Assembly: GCA_964106915.2 (NCBI GenBank)
Contig: OZ066916.1
Reading direction: 5' to 3' (one strand)
Origin: Podarcis gaigeae
Lineage: Eukaryota
Length of the DNA stretch: 64,000 nucleotides
Positions within the stretch are counted from its first letter, which is position 1, and each line of letters starts with the position of its first letter. Of this stretch, positions 13,828 to 27,302 are shown piece by piece. Under the pieces are notes generated by a model. It was not told the DNA's origin. It made no database searches and saw nothing but the letters and a program-made list of their open reading frames with translations. The position numbers and the translations under genes were made by a program.

Positions 13828-14080
13828 GTAGTAGAAGAAGAGTTTGGATTTGCTATCCCGCCTTTCACTCCCCTTCAGGAGTCTCAAAGCAGCTAACAAT
13901 CTCCTTTCCCTTCCTCCCCCACAACAAACACTCTGTGAGGTGAGTGGGGCTGAGAGACTTCAGAGAAGTGTGACTGGCCCAAGGTCACCCTGCAGCCGCA
14001 TGTGGAGGAGCGGAGACGCGAACCCGGTTCCCCAGATTATGTGACTACCGCTCTTAACCACTACACCACACTGGCTCTCC
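13828..14080 (-). mobile_element. tRNA-derived SINE (Squam2/MIR-like lizard SINE)
   Basis: Minus strand begins gagagccagtgtggtgtagtggttaagagcgg (A box), with B box ggttcgcgtctcc and a simple-repeat tail. Confidence 0.8.
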
Positions 14081-17000
14081 CTATGGGAAGTAATTAAGTC
14101 ACTTATTAATCAGGATTAATAGACACTCTCCTAAAGAGGAGGAAAGCCTTTTTTTAAATATACAATCCAACCAGTAGGTTCTGAGTGTCTCTCATACTCT
14201 CCCAAGAATTTGAGATTATAGTACTGATGAAAAGCTGTAAGACTTTTGGTGCATAAAGAATCTGCAACCATTTAAACCTGGAAAGAGCATTTTCAATATG
14301 AAAATCTGGCTGGGGTTTTTTTTTTTTAAATTGCCTTGAAAAAGTTTATGTAGCTCATCTCCTGCCCCAGCTGCTCTCAAGTCATAGCTGGTAGTAGTCT
14401 GCAAGAACAAAAATCCCTTTCCAATATTGAATGTTCAGGGACTCTAAAGCTGGAGAACTCACACTCTTGATTTGAGGTACATCCCCCTGGGACCTAAGCC
14501 TGGACCTGCTCTTTTGATTTAAAGGTGTGCTTTGGGCTTTAATCAGTTCATAGTTTCTGTACCTTGGATAGTGAAAGGACTGAATATGAGACGGTTGTGA
14601 AGACTGTAGAGTCATTTTCTGGTCTGACTATACTAATAAATGGCCAAATGGGTGAACGGAAGCAAACAGAGATTCCCTTTAATCCTTTTGCCATTGTACC
14701 TCTGACAAAACAGATGTGGTTTTCACGTACTGTCTCCTTTCCAAGGAGTGCCTTTTTCCAAGTGGAGTTTGATTGTGAGCAAGTATTCTTCATCCATGGA
14801 TTTTCTCCACCATCTTTAACAATTATGCCTCTGGCTGGGGGAAGGCAGGCAGGGAAGATAAGGCACAGCTGATCTAGAAGGCACAGCTGTCTGCAAATTA
14901 TTAAAAACCTCCAATCAGTCAAGGCCTCATCTTTTAACAGGCAAAACACTGAAGAGTTAGGCAGCTTACACAATATAGCTGCCATTTGGATCACTGACCA
15001 AGGACAGCATTCTTTTGTCAATGGCCTTGTAGTGTTGAATGACTAAGCAGTGACAAAGATACAGATATTGAAATGTTCCTGTCAGAATGGCTGCAACCTA
15101 AGAACTTCATTTATTTCTTGTTTTCTTAAAAGTTGATTGACTTACAGTGCAATCCTACGTGTTCTTACTCTGGAGTTAGTTGTACTGTGTTCAGTGGGAC
15201 CTACGTCCATCTAAGTTTGCATAGGATTGCGCAATCCCATCTTTTGATCCATAAGCTTCCTTTAAGCATCAGTCAACATAACATGGCAAGATCCAAATAT
15301 CCTTCCAAGCTCATTTAAAACATATAATTAAAACAAACCAGGCAAAACTAGTAAGCTCCTAAAATAGAAAACATCGGTGTCACACTAACCATACCAGCAA
15401 TTCTATACTGATAATTCTTGGATCCTGCTAGTTAGCAGTTTTCCACACTGACACATTTTTAAAAGAATCCTCCATGATTTCTCAGCAGTGGTTGGATTTC
15501 GCTTCTTGCTGCAGTAATGATTGAACATAATGTAATGGGAGATTAGTCAGTTCTCTTCATTTCCTTAAACAGAATGAACAAGCCTCTTGAATATATTCAG
15601 ATTCCCAATCAACCGTACTGCATAAACGAATCCTAAAAATGTTCATGTGAAAGGGGGCCCTTTAACATTAGTGGACTGGAACTGAAATGGAAGTACGCGT
15701 GACTAAGATTGTAGGGCAGAGTTTAGTTTTCCAGGCATGATGCTCTTAATGCATTTGCCATTTCCTGGATTATGTTGTATGTCTTCTATAACCTGCCAAA
15801 ATGTGCAAGCCAGAGCTTGTTCAATACATCAGGGAACAAAACATGCCCAAGGGGAAGATATCTGTAGGTTACAGTCAGCCTTATCTTAGATGATGTACCT
15901 TGGCTGTTTGCTAACTACTATTTTAAACAACACAAAAGCCTTGCCTCCTCCATTCTGTATTTAGGTGGAAACTTTCCTTTATTTGTTGCTGTCAGGCTTG
16001 TAACACATTGCTTTTCCACCTGTGCTATAATGCTCCAATTCCACCTGATTGAGTCAAGTTGTTTTTTGCCAATTTTGCTCCAGGAATAGGCATCCACATT
16101 GGTCTTCGATGGTTGACTACTCATTGGTCCAGCATCCCATCATGCTTGTACTTCACAACCATCTGTAAATTGCTCCTGGATGACAGTTAAAATAATTGTA
16201 GCAGTGTTGTATCATTTTTCCATCATTTATGCTCCCCAGTGGGGGGACATTTTCAAGTTTTAGAAATTTTAAACATATTCCTACATTGATTTTATTCGAG
16301 GTATAAAGTTGTTGCTATATTCTATATGAATATTTATCACTAAATACTGAATTTCCTCCTTCTTCCAGTTAATCTTCCCCAACCATTCACTTTTCTTAAA
16401 AAAGAAGTGCAGGATTTCAATATTACTATAATTTATATGAAATCTGATAATTTATCCATATTTTTGTATGCTAATAAATTAACAAATTTCATTAAAAAAC
16501 TGCTATGTTATCTGCAAATAGGCTGGTTTTATGCTCTACATTAACAAATCTTGATACTTTGATTTGTTCATGTTGCCTAATTACATCTGCTAAAATTAAA
16601 CTGAGATAATGAACAGTGATGCCAACAAGAGGCAATAATATCTAAATTCTTTTCAAAGCCAAATCAGTTTAAATATTCTATTAGATAAGCCCACTCTAAC
16701 ATATTGTACGCTTTGTCTGCATCAAGGACAATACTGTTGGTGTTCTTCTTTTTAATTGTTTTGATGATGTCTCATGTTCTTTAAATATTTGATTTCAAGG
16801 ACCTATTTTCTATAAAACCAGTTGGGTTTATGCTGATATATTTAAGGAAGGTTTTTCTGTAATCTGGAAACTGAAAGTCAATATTTTATAACTAGTATAG
16901 GGTGGGGGTGGGGTGGGGTTAGCTATAGGATGACCACAGGACAGGTGGGGATGTAGAATTGGAAAGGAGAAAAGTGCCTGATGGGAATCAGTGAAATGGA

Positions 17001-17370
17001 GAAAGAAGCAAGTTTGTGGGAAACAGCAGGAGAAATGGCAGGGATGAAGAAGTTGAGGGCTTCAGTCATGATGGCTTTAGAAGATGTTGTTTGTGGAAGA
17101 GTAGTAGTTATGACATGGTACCCAGTATTGCCCATAATCCTAAAAGAGAATTTAATGGGGATTACGGATTTTTGGAATCAGGAACTCCACTTATTCCTGG
17201 TTGATATTTTTAATAGCTGTTTGCTTTGTCTTGCATTCACTGTGGATGTGGGCAGTTTAGCATTTCAGATTACTTGAAATATGATAATAGAGAACTGTCT
17301 TCTTCAGCCTGTTTTTATTTTTAATCGCATTTGCATTCTTGTTAACTATGATGCTTTCTTATTTTGCCAG

Positions 17371-17551
17371 GTCCTCTTTGGCACTGCTGATGGTCAGGTT
17401 ATTGTCATGGATTGCCATGGCCGAATGCTGGCACATGTTCTCCTTCATGAATCTGATGGCATCCTGAGCATGTCCTGGAACTACCCGAGCTTTTTGGTGG
17501 AAGATAGTAGTGAGAGTGACACTGATTCAGATGACTACTCCCCACCTCAAG
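17371..17551 (+). CDS. TULP4: TULP4 exon 4 (WD40 plus acidic loop)
   Basis: ttgccag| VLFGTADGQVIVMDCHGRMLAHVLLHESDGILSMSWNYPSFLVEDSSESDTDSDDYSPPQ-G |gtcatt; 181 nt, phase 0-1. Confidence 0.94.
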
Positions 17552-20500
17552 GTCATTTTGCCTCCATTTTTTGTTCATTGAATGTCTGTGGCCTGCTTTT
17601 CACTGAAATGGTAAAGTTGTGTGACATGCTTGAATGCCGTTCCATAGAAAAATGTTCTTTCCACATTGAAAAACTCCACATCAAAGGGTAGGCTAGAACT
17701 CTTGTCCCTGTTGTCTGCTTTTCTATGAAGAGGGATTTATTGTTATTCTGAGCATTTGGTTGTGTAAGCCTGCAGCTGCAGATTGAAATGATGCAGCCAA
17801 GGACTATAGTGAAAATGATTTATTTATTCATTCATTCATTTAATTTCATTTATTAATTGCTTCCTTCAAAACATCTCAGAGCAATTAACAATCATAACAT
17901 CAACACTGAAAACCTTTAAGTACAATTCCATATATAAAAACAATGAAAACAATTCCGTATATAAACAAGTAATTAAAACAACTTCATGGAAAATCCAGTG
18001 AAGATTCAGATTGCATTGGTAAACCTAACATATACAGCATGTTTGTATTGACAGTGCTTTTAATGGCATTAGCATCATGCAATTGCTATTAACAAGGCAT
18101 CAAGTTTTGCACAGGATAATATATGACCATGATATCCTTTATGGTTAATCTGCAGTTACCCATACTTTGTAGAATATAGTGGTCCTGAAGAATGTAGCTT
18201 CACCTTGACATCCTTAAATTACTTGTTTTCTTCTTGCTAAGTTATATATTTTTAAAAATAAGATGAATGTAAGAAGCCTCCTTTCCTTTACTCCTTAATG
18301 CAAGAAAACCAGAAATGGTGCAAAGATGTTCAAATCAAATAGAGATTAAGTTATTGTGCTTTTGCATATTACTTAATCAAAAGGAGGATCTGAGAACACA
18401 TTTTTCTTCTCCAGTGAATGACCTGCTGCCCCTAGTTAAAAGAATAAACTCCAAATTTGATGCATGACTTTTAATAACAGAGCAAGAAGCAAGATAGAAT
18501 GGACTACTTCTATACTTTCTACAACAGGAAAAAAAATGCACAACCAAAACAAAGTGGTTTAAAAGCTTGCATGAAACAAAGTTGACTGTGAATTAGCATC
18601 ACAGATTCAAACCTTTACAATTCTGGGTCCACTTCAGGTGCAACTGTAAGAAAGAAACATTTTTGACAATGTTGGTTTCAGTGAGAAAACTTCCTTCAAT
18701 TTTTTTGAGGAAGGTTAACAACACTGGGGAAAATGTACTGCATGAATGTGACTTTCATGACATACCTTCAAGACTCAAACTGTGGTTTCATACTGAGTGT
18801 CATCGTTGCAAAGAGAGAGAAGGTTGAGGGGAAATATCAGGGTTCCCCGACTGCAAGGAGGGCTCTACTCAACCTTTGAGTGAACAAAAGCGTCCTTCAG
18901 ACCTTTCCTGCTTCAACACAGGTGTATAGGTTGGGGACTGAGTACAAAATGGGCCCTTGAAGAATGATTATTCTGAATTGTGTTGCACCTGAAGTAAGTC
19001 TTTCTCCATGCACCTGGAGTTCCTGCCTTTTATTGGTTGGGGCAGCAGGCATCTGGGTGCAAGGGCCAAGGACCCTTCCATTCCTCACTCGCTCTTCTGG
19101 GACAATAGGAGCAAAAACACCCCACAGTGTGCTTTAGCCTGGGGGGCAACTGGCTTATTGTTGACAAACCCTTTTGCCTGCTTAGGACACTTCCCTGCAA
19201 TGGCAAATGCATTCATGAGGGAAAATCAAATATCACAACATCCTTAGAGGACTGTGTGATTAATGAGAGTGGTGATATTAGGTTTATTATAAGATTGATT
19301 TACTGTTTTAGGCAGGAACATTGTAACTTCTGGTGCATCCCTATAGATGAGTGAAGGAGGCTAGTGTGTAGTTGATGCTGAGTCAATCAGGAGTGGGTGA
19401 GCTTGGTAGCTTCCAATAATTATTCTGATATGACGTGTCCTTGTGAAGTATCACTTGTTCTTCATAAACCTTTCAAAGGAGACATGCCTTTGACTCACAT
19501 ACATGACTAGGAGGGGCTTAATTGGATTTTACTTACTTCTAAAACTATACCAATTATATGGTGCTGGCTTTTAAGTCACCGTCCACAGCACAATTTCCCT
19601 GTAGTTCAATTACCTCATTTTAACACATAAGCACATGGATAACAACATTTGGTTCCGTTCACAACTGAATGTAGCCTAATGTGTGATTAGTGAGAATATG
19701 CTTAACTGGTGCCTGGAGAGCGCCTTTCTCTTGGGACAGCAGCACCTTCTGTCAAAGCTAGTTACATAAAACAGAGAATGAAATAGCGAATGCTGCAGAT
19801 GGTGCTGTAGGCAATTTAATATTATATACAAAGGAAGTTAAACACTGAAGAATGATCTTGTCAAAACCAGACTCTCTTTTATAATGGCATGGAATAGGGT
19901 TTAGCCAACTGGTGTTCTCAGGGCAAGTAGATAAGCCCATTCTGATGCTCCAGACTCCCATTTTGGGATCCAGTCCTTATGGAGGGCCAGTTTCTATATT
20001 AAAGTCTGTGTCATGTAGCAGTAAGGGCTTAACAGAGCTGAAGTATGATTGGTCCAGTACCACGAGGTCTTCAGTCTGGAGGTCTGAGGAGGGGGACGTG
20101 TTTCTTGAAAGAAAATATTGAGTCAGATTGGTAATAGTCCCTTGGCTTTTGAGCATGTGGACAAGACAGCAGTGCAAGAGACTTTTTATGAAATGAACAT
20201 GGTGAACCATTGCTTATTTTTCTTTCAACAGAAAGCTGTGAACAAATTGCTTTTTTGAATCCCACCTTGACTAGACTTTCATAAGGTGATAGTAGCGCTA
20301 CTTCAAGGGCCCACAGCTGCCAGTTGGCTCCCCCTGGCTTAGAGGCTGAACATTGCTAGGTATCACAGAGAGGTGCAAACTGAACAGACTCTTTCTACGA
20401 AGGCCGCTCTACCCTTTTATTTCCTAGCGTGGTTGGCACTGCCTCTGTGTTTGCGCCCATTATGGGCCAGGATGGTTGCTTCTGACTCCCTTCTTTTCCT

Positions 20501-20760
20501 CATACAGCTCCAGGGACATGTAAATATTCCCACTGTGCAGGATCACTGAGGGCACAATAGAAGAATTGTGTCATTTGCATAACACTGCAGAGACCATACC
20601 ACAGTTCTGTGGCGTGAGGGTGGGGTTTATTCCTTAACAGTACTTGACAGGGTAGGAAAACATCCCCTGAGTGTCACAGCTCTTTGCACAGTCAACAGGT
20701 GATGAGCTAGGAACCTTGGTTCAAACTTCTTCCTAAAAGTTTTTTCCCCCCACTCTGCAG

Positions 20761-20895
20761 ATGGTCCAGCTGCATATCCAGTTCTGGTGCAGAACACCAA
20801 GCCGCTGCTCACTGTCAGCTTCACATCAGGAGACATTAGCTTAATGAACAACTATGACGACTTGTCTCCTACCATCATCCGCTCAGGGTTGAAAG
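20761..20895 (+). CDS. TULP4: TULP4 exon 5
   Basis: ctgcag| (D)GPAAYPVLVQNTKPLLTVSFTSGDISLMNNYDDLSPTIIRSGLK |gtacgc; 135 nt, phase 1-1. Confidence 0.95.
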
Positions 20896-21683
20896 GTACG
20901 CAAAGGGAGACTTGTCTTCCTGCCCTGCTCCCACCGCTTCATTTTCTGCTTTAGATCTTGATTGCTTTGACATGAATATTTCAGCATCTGTCTCTTGAAA
21001 TGCAACATCCATCTGCAGCGATTTCCATTAACAAGAGTGACGCCTGCTGGTGAAAAGAGCACACCTCAACAAAGGGATTCCTTCTGAAATAAACTGGTAG
21101 CCTGTCTTACATTCTCTGGCACTCGACAGCAGCAAATGAGAACCATGTGCTTTTCAAAATAACCTCCAGCTTTAGGCAGTGACCAATTTTGCTTTGCTCT
21201 CCTCTGTTCTGTTCCTTCAAGGGTTTTGGGAACCAAAGCCGGAAGGCTGGCGGGTTCCAAAGTTATTTTACTTTAAGGCAATGTTTCCAAAGGCTTAAAA
21301 GTGGAACTTCAGGTTTAATTCAGTTGAAGCAGTAGCTTCAGTTGGTAGAGTGAATGAAGACTTGCTCCACCAACCTTAGCCTGCCTTTAGCCAGACCCCA
21401 CCTGCCTGCCTCCTTGCTTACAACCAGACCAGGAGGTGGCACGGCCTTTCAGCTTCCTCCTCCTTAGTCTCAGGGCTGCCTCTTGTAGAAATTAGCAGGG
21501 AAAGGGAGGTGGAGGGATTAACCCTCCCGGCTAGTGGCAGTAACCTGTGCTTTTGGTCAGCCAGGGGAGCAGTGGAGGCCCCCGCTGCCTCCACCGGCCT
21601 GCTTACTGAGTGTAGGTGTGTGGGGTTGGGCCTATTTGCTAAGTGTAGTAAAGTGAACCTCCCCCTCCCCTTTGTGATTTCAG

Positions 21684-21850
21684 ATGTAGTGGCTCAGTGG
21701 TGCACGCAGGGAGACTTGCTGGCTGTTGCAGGCATGGAAAAGCTAAGCCAGCTGGCTGAACTCAGCGGTGCTTCCTTTCTGAAAAGTGCACTGGTCAAGT
21801 TCTACAATGTTCACGGAGAACATATCTATACCCTGGAGACTCCTGTGCAG
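21684..21850 (+). CDS. TULP4: TULP4 exon 6
   Basis: tttcag| (D)VVAQWCTQGDLLAVAGMEK...KFYNVHGEHIYTLETPVQ |gtaaag; 167 nt, phase 1-0. Confidence 0.95.
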
Positions 21851-22286
21851 GTAAAGATTACTCTGAAGTGAGATATTGAAACGGGAGCGTGGGAGAATAA
21901 CAGCCCACAAAAACAACCGCTAGCGGGGGATATTATATCAAGGGAGGTTTGCCCAGTGGATGACAGTCACTATAATTTAGATAATTTTATATGTAGGTCT
22001 CCCCCCACACAACAAATAAGTTTTGATTCCATGCTGTTAGTTACAATAATATTCAATGAAGGATGAAAAATACTGGAGAAATCTGTATTTTAAAACAAAA
22101 TGTCTTCTGGTCACTGTAATAAACTGATACCGTATCTTAGTGAAATTGTAAGTTGTACAGTCCTCAGAGAATGCTACTACTTGAACATACAGAAAAGCCC
22201 TGAGACATTAGGGTTTTCCTAATAGAATGGGTCTTAAAATATGCTTCAATGAGAGGAAAACATCTGAATTGTTACTTTTCATGCAG

Positions 22287-22511
22287 CGTCCCATAATCTC
22301 AATCTGCTGGGGTCACAGGGACTCCCGCCTGCTCATGGCTTCTGGTCCTGCCCTCTACGTTGTCCGAGTGGAGCACAGAGTGTCCAGCTTACAGCTTCTG
22401 TGCCAGCAAACCATCGCTAGCTCCTTGCGGGATGACAAAGATATCAGTAAATTGACTCTGCCTCCCAGGCTCTGCTCATACCTCACCACTGCCTTTACAC
22501 CAACGATCAAG
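22287..22511 (+). CDS. TULP4: TULP4 exon 7 (last WD40 strands plus SOCS box)
   Basis: atgcag| RPIISICWGHRDSRLLMASGPALYVVRVEHRVSSLQLLCQQTIASSL...LTLPPRLCSYLTTAFTPTIK |gtaaac; BC-box SLQLLCxxxI and LPxxL cullin box; 225 nt. Confidence 0.96.
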
Positions 22512-23239
22512 GTAAACAAATGGCTGGGTGTTAAGTGTATCAGGGTCAGTGGACAAAGGTAGATGGAGCTAAGCAGCTGACAACAGCTGAAGCATAAAGC
22601 ACACAAGCAGGGAATGTTTGATTGGTAATAAACATTCAGATTGCACTCTGAGGCTGCCATCTCAAACACTTATTTGGGACTCTGTCCCCTTGAATGCCTT
22701 GGGACTTTTGAGTAAATACACCTAGGGTTGCATAACCATTCGGAACAGCTTGTAGGGTTTTATCACTGTCGTTTTGAGAGGGTCGTGATGGCTGTTTGAA
22801 GAGCAGTGCAGGGCAACCTGACTAAGGGCTGTTTCACAAATGTAGTTTACTTGTTAAGCAGTCCAGACTGCCCTCAGGCATGTTCGTGTACCGAGAACTT
22901 ATTAATAAAACCAGTCAATCACAACTGCTGCCAGCTGCAGTTTGTGGCTGTAATGACATTTTCCACATCTGCTTCAGTTGTGGCCAAGTGTATCCATGAT
23001 TAGCCATGCAAATGTATGGGAGGTGGGTGGGACTGCTTTGGGGTAGGTGTAAACTTTGTGCATGAACAGAGCCTGGTGAATGGGCCTTTATTTAAAGGTT
23101 TCCCAGGACAAGGCGTAAAAGCTACCAGCTAGATCGCAACACCTTTTGTCTGGCTCTTATGAGAACTTCTTGAGAAATCTGATCCCAGTCCCTGTGCTGT
23201 TGACAATCTTTATACTTCTGTAAAAGAAGCAAGCACATA

Positions 23240-23493
23240 CAGTCATACCTCATGTTACGTTTGCTTCAGGTTACGTTCTTTCAGGTTACGTCCCGCGGCG
23301 ACCCAGAAGTACCGGAAAGGGTTACTTCTGGGTTTCGCCGCATGCGCACAAGTGCTAAATTGCGCTTCGCGCACGCGCACAAGCGCCAAATCATGCCACG
23401 CACGTGCGCAGATATGGCGCTTCAGGTTGCGCTCTTTTCATGTTGCAAACGGGCCTCCGGAATGGATCCCATTTGCAACCAGAGGTACCACTG
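23240..23493. mobile_element. Tc1/mariner MITE, CpG-rich, TIRs related to family A
   Basis: TA|cagtcatacctc ... gaggtaccactg|TA. Confidence 0.85.
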
Positions 23494-23740
23494 TATTACT
23501 GAAGTGGATGCTTCTTAGTCTCTCTGCAGTTCTGGTGCATCATTCTAGAAGTGGTCACTTCTCGTTTAAAATATAGCTAGCTTTTTGTGGCCCTGATTTC
23601 TTTTATTGTTTTATTAATTTAAAGGCAGAATTTACCACTGCAGTCATTAAAAATAATAACAATAATCAGGAGCATGAAAAAGCAACACAAGGGAAAACTC
23701 TTTGTATGACTCACAATTTTTCCTCCTATATTTAACTCAG

Positions 23741-23975
23741 CCTCCTATCCCAGACCCCAACAACATGAGAGATTTTGTTAGCTACCCAACATCTGGCAAC
23801 GAAAGGCTTCACTGCACAATGAAGCGGACAGAAGATGACCCGGAGGTTGGAGGGCCTTGCTATACACTGTATTTGGAATACTTAGGGGGTCTGGTGCCTA
23901 TCTTGAAAGGGCGCCGAATTAGCAAACTGCGGCCTGAGTTTGTCATCATGGATCCAAAGACTGACGGAAAAGCAG
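23741..23975 (+). CDS. TULP4: TULP4 exon 8 (first segment of tubby-like barrel)
   Basis: actcag| PPIPDPNNMRDFVSYPTSGNERLHCTMKR...EFVIMDPKTDGKA |gtacaa; 235 nt, phase 0-1. Confidence 0.96.
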
Positions 23976-24652
23976 GTACAAGGCATTAGGCAACTTTTTA
24001 GTGCCGATTTCTAGATTCCGGTCCTGTGCAGAGACCCTCAAGTGTTGCAAGTTTACTGCACGTGAATTTCTTGTGCAAACCTCGTTGATTTTATTGTATG
24101 TAACTGATCTTCCCATGAGAAAAAATATGCCCACAAATACGCTCTTTGTTGAAATGTGTCATTTTTGTCGGTCGAGCGTCATGTACTCACTGGAGCTCCC
24201 GCTTGTGGAACAAATTAGTGGATTGGGTTGTGGAGATGTGTATCCTGTTGATGCCCCAAAATTGTGCATCCACACAAGAACCCATGGCAGTACTATTTCC
24301 CTGCTCTCACCAGCCATTCTGAAAGAGACTCAGTAACAGGCATAGTTCAAGTCATCTTCCAAGTTGCAGTACATTATAATATTCAGTGTCCTGACAGGAG
24401 AGGGAAGATTCTCTAATTAGCTGTAGACATTTTTCAGTGTCAGAGAGATGCCTGTCAACTAGCATAATTGAGCACCATCCGCTTGATTTTAGGCTATTGC
24501 TGATTCTGCATGAGTTTCAAAGAATCCGCCGTGCTCCTTGCTGCGGTTGTATCTCGGCTATTGCTTATAGGATATCCTAGAAATGATTGACAGTTGTAAT
24601 TGGGATTTGGTTTCTGAAACATTATTTTTTTTAATGGGGCCTGTGTTGACAG

Positions 24653-24797
24653 ATGAAATCTATGGAAACAGTTTGATTTCCACCGTGATTGACAGCTGCA
24701 ACTGCTCTGATTCCAGTGATATTGAACTGAGCGATGACTGGGCTGCAAAAAAGTCTCCCAAAATCACTCGAGCTAGCAAATCACCCAAACTTCCCAG
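24653..24797 (+). CDS. TULP4: TULP4 exon 9
   Basis: tgacag| (D)EIYGNSLISTVIDSCNCSDSSDIELSDDWAAKKSPKITRASKSPKLP(R) |gtaacc; 145 nt, phase 1-2. Confidence 0.95.
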
Positions 24798-25251
24798 GTA
24801 ACCATTTTGCTATTTTCAAAACTCCACCTTCCTTTTTCTCCTGGGTCTTTGAATTCCTTTTTTATGCTGAGAGGGCACCCTATACACTTAGAACAAAGGG
24901 GAACCTTTTCATACAGGTATCAGAAACGGGCTGCTTCAGAAATGTTAGGGTTCTTCTTGCTGTGAAACATTATTAAGGCCCCTAGAGTTCTCCTCTGTGA
25001 TTAGCTACAAGCATAATACAGACATAATCCCCCTATAGTTCTGGTGTCCTGTCCCTGACAGTTTCAAATGTTTAACAGCACATAACAGTGCAGGGTACTT
25101 GTTAGGTTATTTGCTTGCTACTAGTGAGTGTTTTAAGCAGAGTTCTATATATATATTGTGTGTGTGTGTCTGTGTGTGTGAACGTGCGCACACGTGCATG
25201 GTGCAAATAATAATAATAAATCAAATCCTGTGATTAGGATAAAACCACCTA

Positions 25252-25833
25252 CCGTATTTTTCGTTCTATAACATGCACCCGACCATAACACGCACATAGT
25301 TTTTAGAGGAGGAAAACAAGAAAAAAAATATTCTAAACGAAACAGTGGATGTATGATTTTTGTGGTTCATGCTGTGGCCACAGACATGTGATCTGACGGT
25401 GAGTTTGGGGTAGCCCAATGCAAAAATCCTGAGGATCCATGTTTGCTGCTATTTAGGGACAGAGAGCCTGCTTGTGAAAAAACTTTGCTGCTATTTAGTG
25501 AGCTGAGTGGGGAGGAGAGAGGGACAGAGAGCTTGCTTGCTTTAAAGGAGCCAACCGGACACGAGTGTAAGCAGCTCCTCTCCTCTTCCGCTTTGCTCCT
25601 TTAAAGCAAGCAGGCTCTCTGTCCCTCTCTCCTCCCCACTCAGCGGCTCTTCTCCCGCTTTGATGTATCAAAGCGCACCACGGAGGAGGGAAGGAAGGGG
25701 AACCATGGATCCTCTGCTCACGACTGCAGCAGATCCCCCCGCCATCCGTAGGCATTCGCTCCATAACACGCACAGACATTTCCCCTTACTTTTTAGGAGG
25801 AAAAAAGTGAGTGTTATGGTGCAAAAAATACGG
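25252..25833. mobile_element. Tc1/mariner non-autonomous element with internal palindrome
   Basis: TA|ccgtattttttcgttctataaca ... tgttatggtgcaaaaaatacgg|TA; internal inverted repeat 25502-25644 (gctgagtggggaggagagagggacagagag / ctctctgtccctctctcctccccactcagc). Confidence 0.85.
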
Positions 25834-26263
25834 TACTTGGATTTTAATTTGTTGACTTAGTTTACATACTGTGTCCTGGTTCCAAGATTAGCTTTGCTTT
25901 TCAGAAATTTGGAATAATTGGCAAGCACTGAGAAAATCAGTGTTTGGGAATAAATTCTAGGTATATAGTGTGGGCAATGACTAGTGAAAGATAAGAACCC
26001 AGGACCACCATTGTATTCTACTATATATCCTAGATATAGATCAACATAAAGAAGTCTACAACAATCTCTCTCTCTCGCTCTCTGCTCAGACTTTTGAGAG
26101 CAAGGTTCCAGATTTGCTACTGGTGCTAGGAGAGTGCTTAGCTCCCTTCCCTGAGAAACATGTTCTCTAAGCACTATTCTGCTCTCTGCTTATGGGACAC
26201 TGTGGTCTGAGTTGTGTATTTTGATCTTTGTGGGGCTGGGCTAGATATCCCTTTTTCCATTCC

Positions 26264-26415
26264 ATAATAATAATAATAATAATATTTATACCCCTCCCAT
26301 CTGGCTGGGTTTCCCCAGCCACTCTGGGCTGCTCCCAACCGAATATTAAAAACACAGTACAGCATTAAACATTTAAAACTTCCCTAAACAGGGCTGCCTT
26401 TTGATGTTTCTAAAA
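26264..26415 (-). mobile_element. L2-type LINE 3' end with (TAT)n tail
   Basis: (aat)n followed by atttatacccctcccatctggctgggtttccccagccactctgggc, a typical lacertid L2 terminus from recall; a shorter copy lies near 4810-4872. Confidence 0.65.
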
Positions 26416-27302
26416 GGTGAGTGATGCTTCTCCAAAGCTCACAGCACCAGCCATGGGCATTGTGTCGGAGAAATAATGCCCTAGTTCTTTCGAAACAGCT
26501 GTTCTCCCTGTGATGCTCTTTAGCAGGGTATTAAGCCCGATGCTCTGGTTTGATGCATAGGCATAAGCCTATTATGATCCTTAGCTCCTGAACCTGGAAA
26601 CAGGCCAGCAAGGGGGGGAAATGCTTTCCTTACCAATTATTAAAATAGAACCACTTTTCTAGTACAAAAATTCCATGGGACTTCACATGTTATCTTTCCG
26701 TTTACTGTTTAGCCAGAACTAGAGATGCTGGGCAAAGTGCACTTGGACTATCTAGTATGTTAGGTTGAAGACAGATATGTGACATATTTTATAGTAATGG
26801 GCCGGTCTGAAATGCTCTTTCTGCATTCAGTCCCAATGCCCCTCGCCTTTCCAGAGTCATTCTGCAAAAGTTTGCAAGTATGAGACAGAAAGCAGCTATG
26901 CCAATTGACAGGCTCCATGTAACATCACCAAGAAACCTCCCTCCAATCCTCAGGTCCCTTTTGCATTTAAAGTTACCGTTTTAATTAATAAGGGACATGA
27001 ACATCCTTGCAGCTTTTTTCCAGGGGGGAGGAAACCTATAGAAGTCTAATGGCTAAGCCAGGGTGTCCTGTTCATTGGTGTGGCTGTCATCCCATTTGCA
27101 ATGTCAGACCGAAGGATGCACTGTGAACTCTTTTCATATTAACTCTGTCTTTGCTCTTGAAGCTACTTTCAAATGGTAAACCTTGTTAGCATTTTCCCCA
27201 CCACCCACCTAAATTTGTATTCCACGTTCTCTTTTTGTATAGAGAGACAGAGAGTACCTATTTGTGCCTGCCTCATTATTGTCATTTTTGTTTTGTATGC
27301 AG

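Noticed and set aside
18631-18995. Perfect 14-bp inverted repeat acttcaggtgcaac / gttgcacctgaagt
   Set aside because: No TSD and no extension of pairing; likely a decayed repeat or chance.
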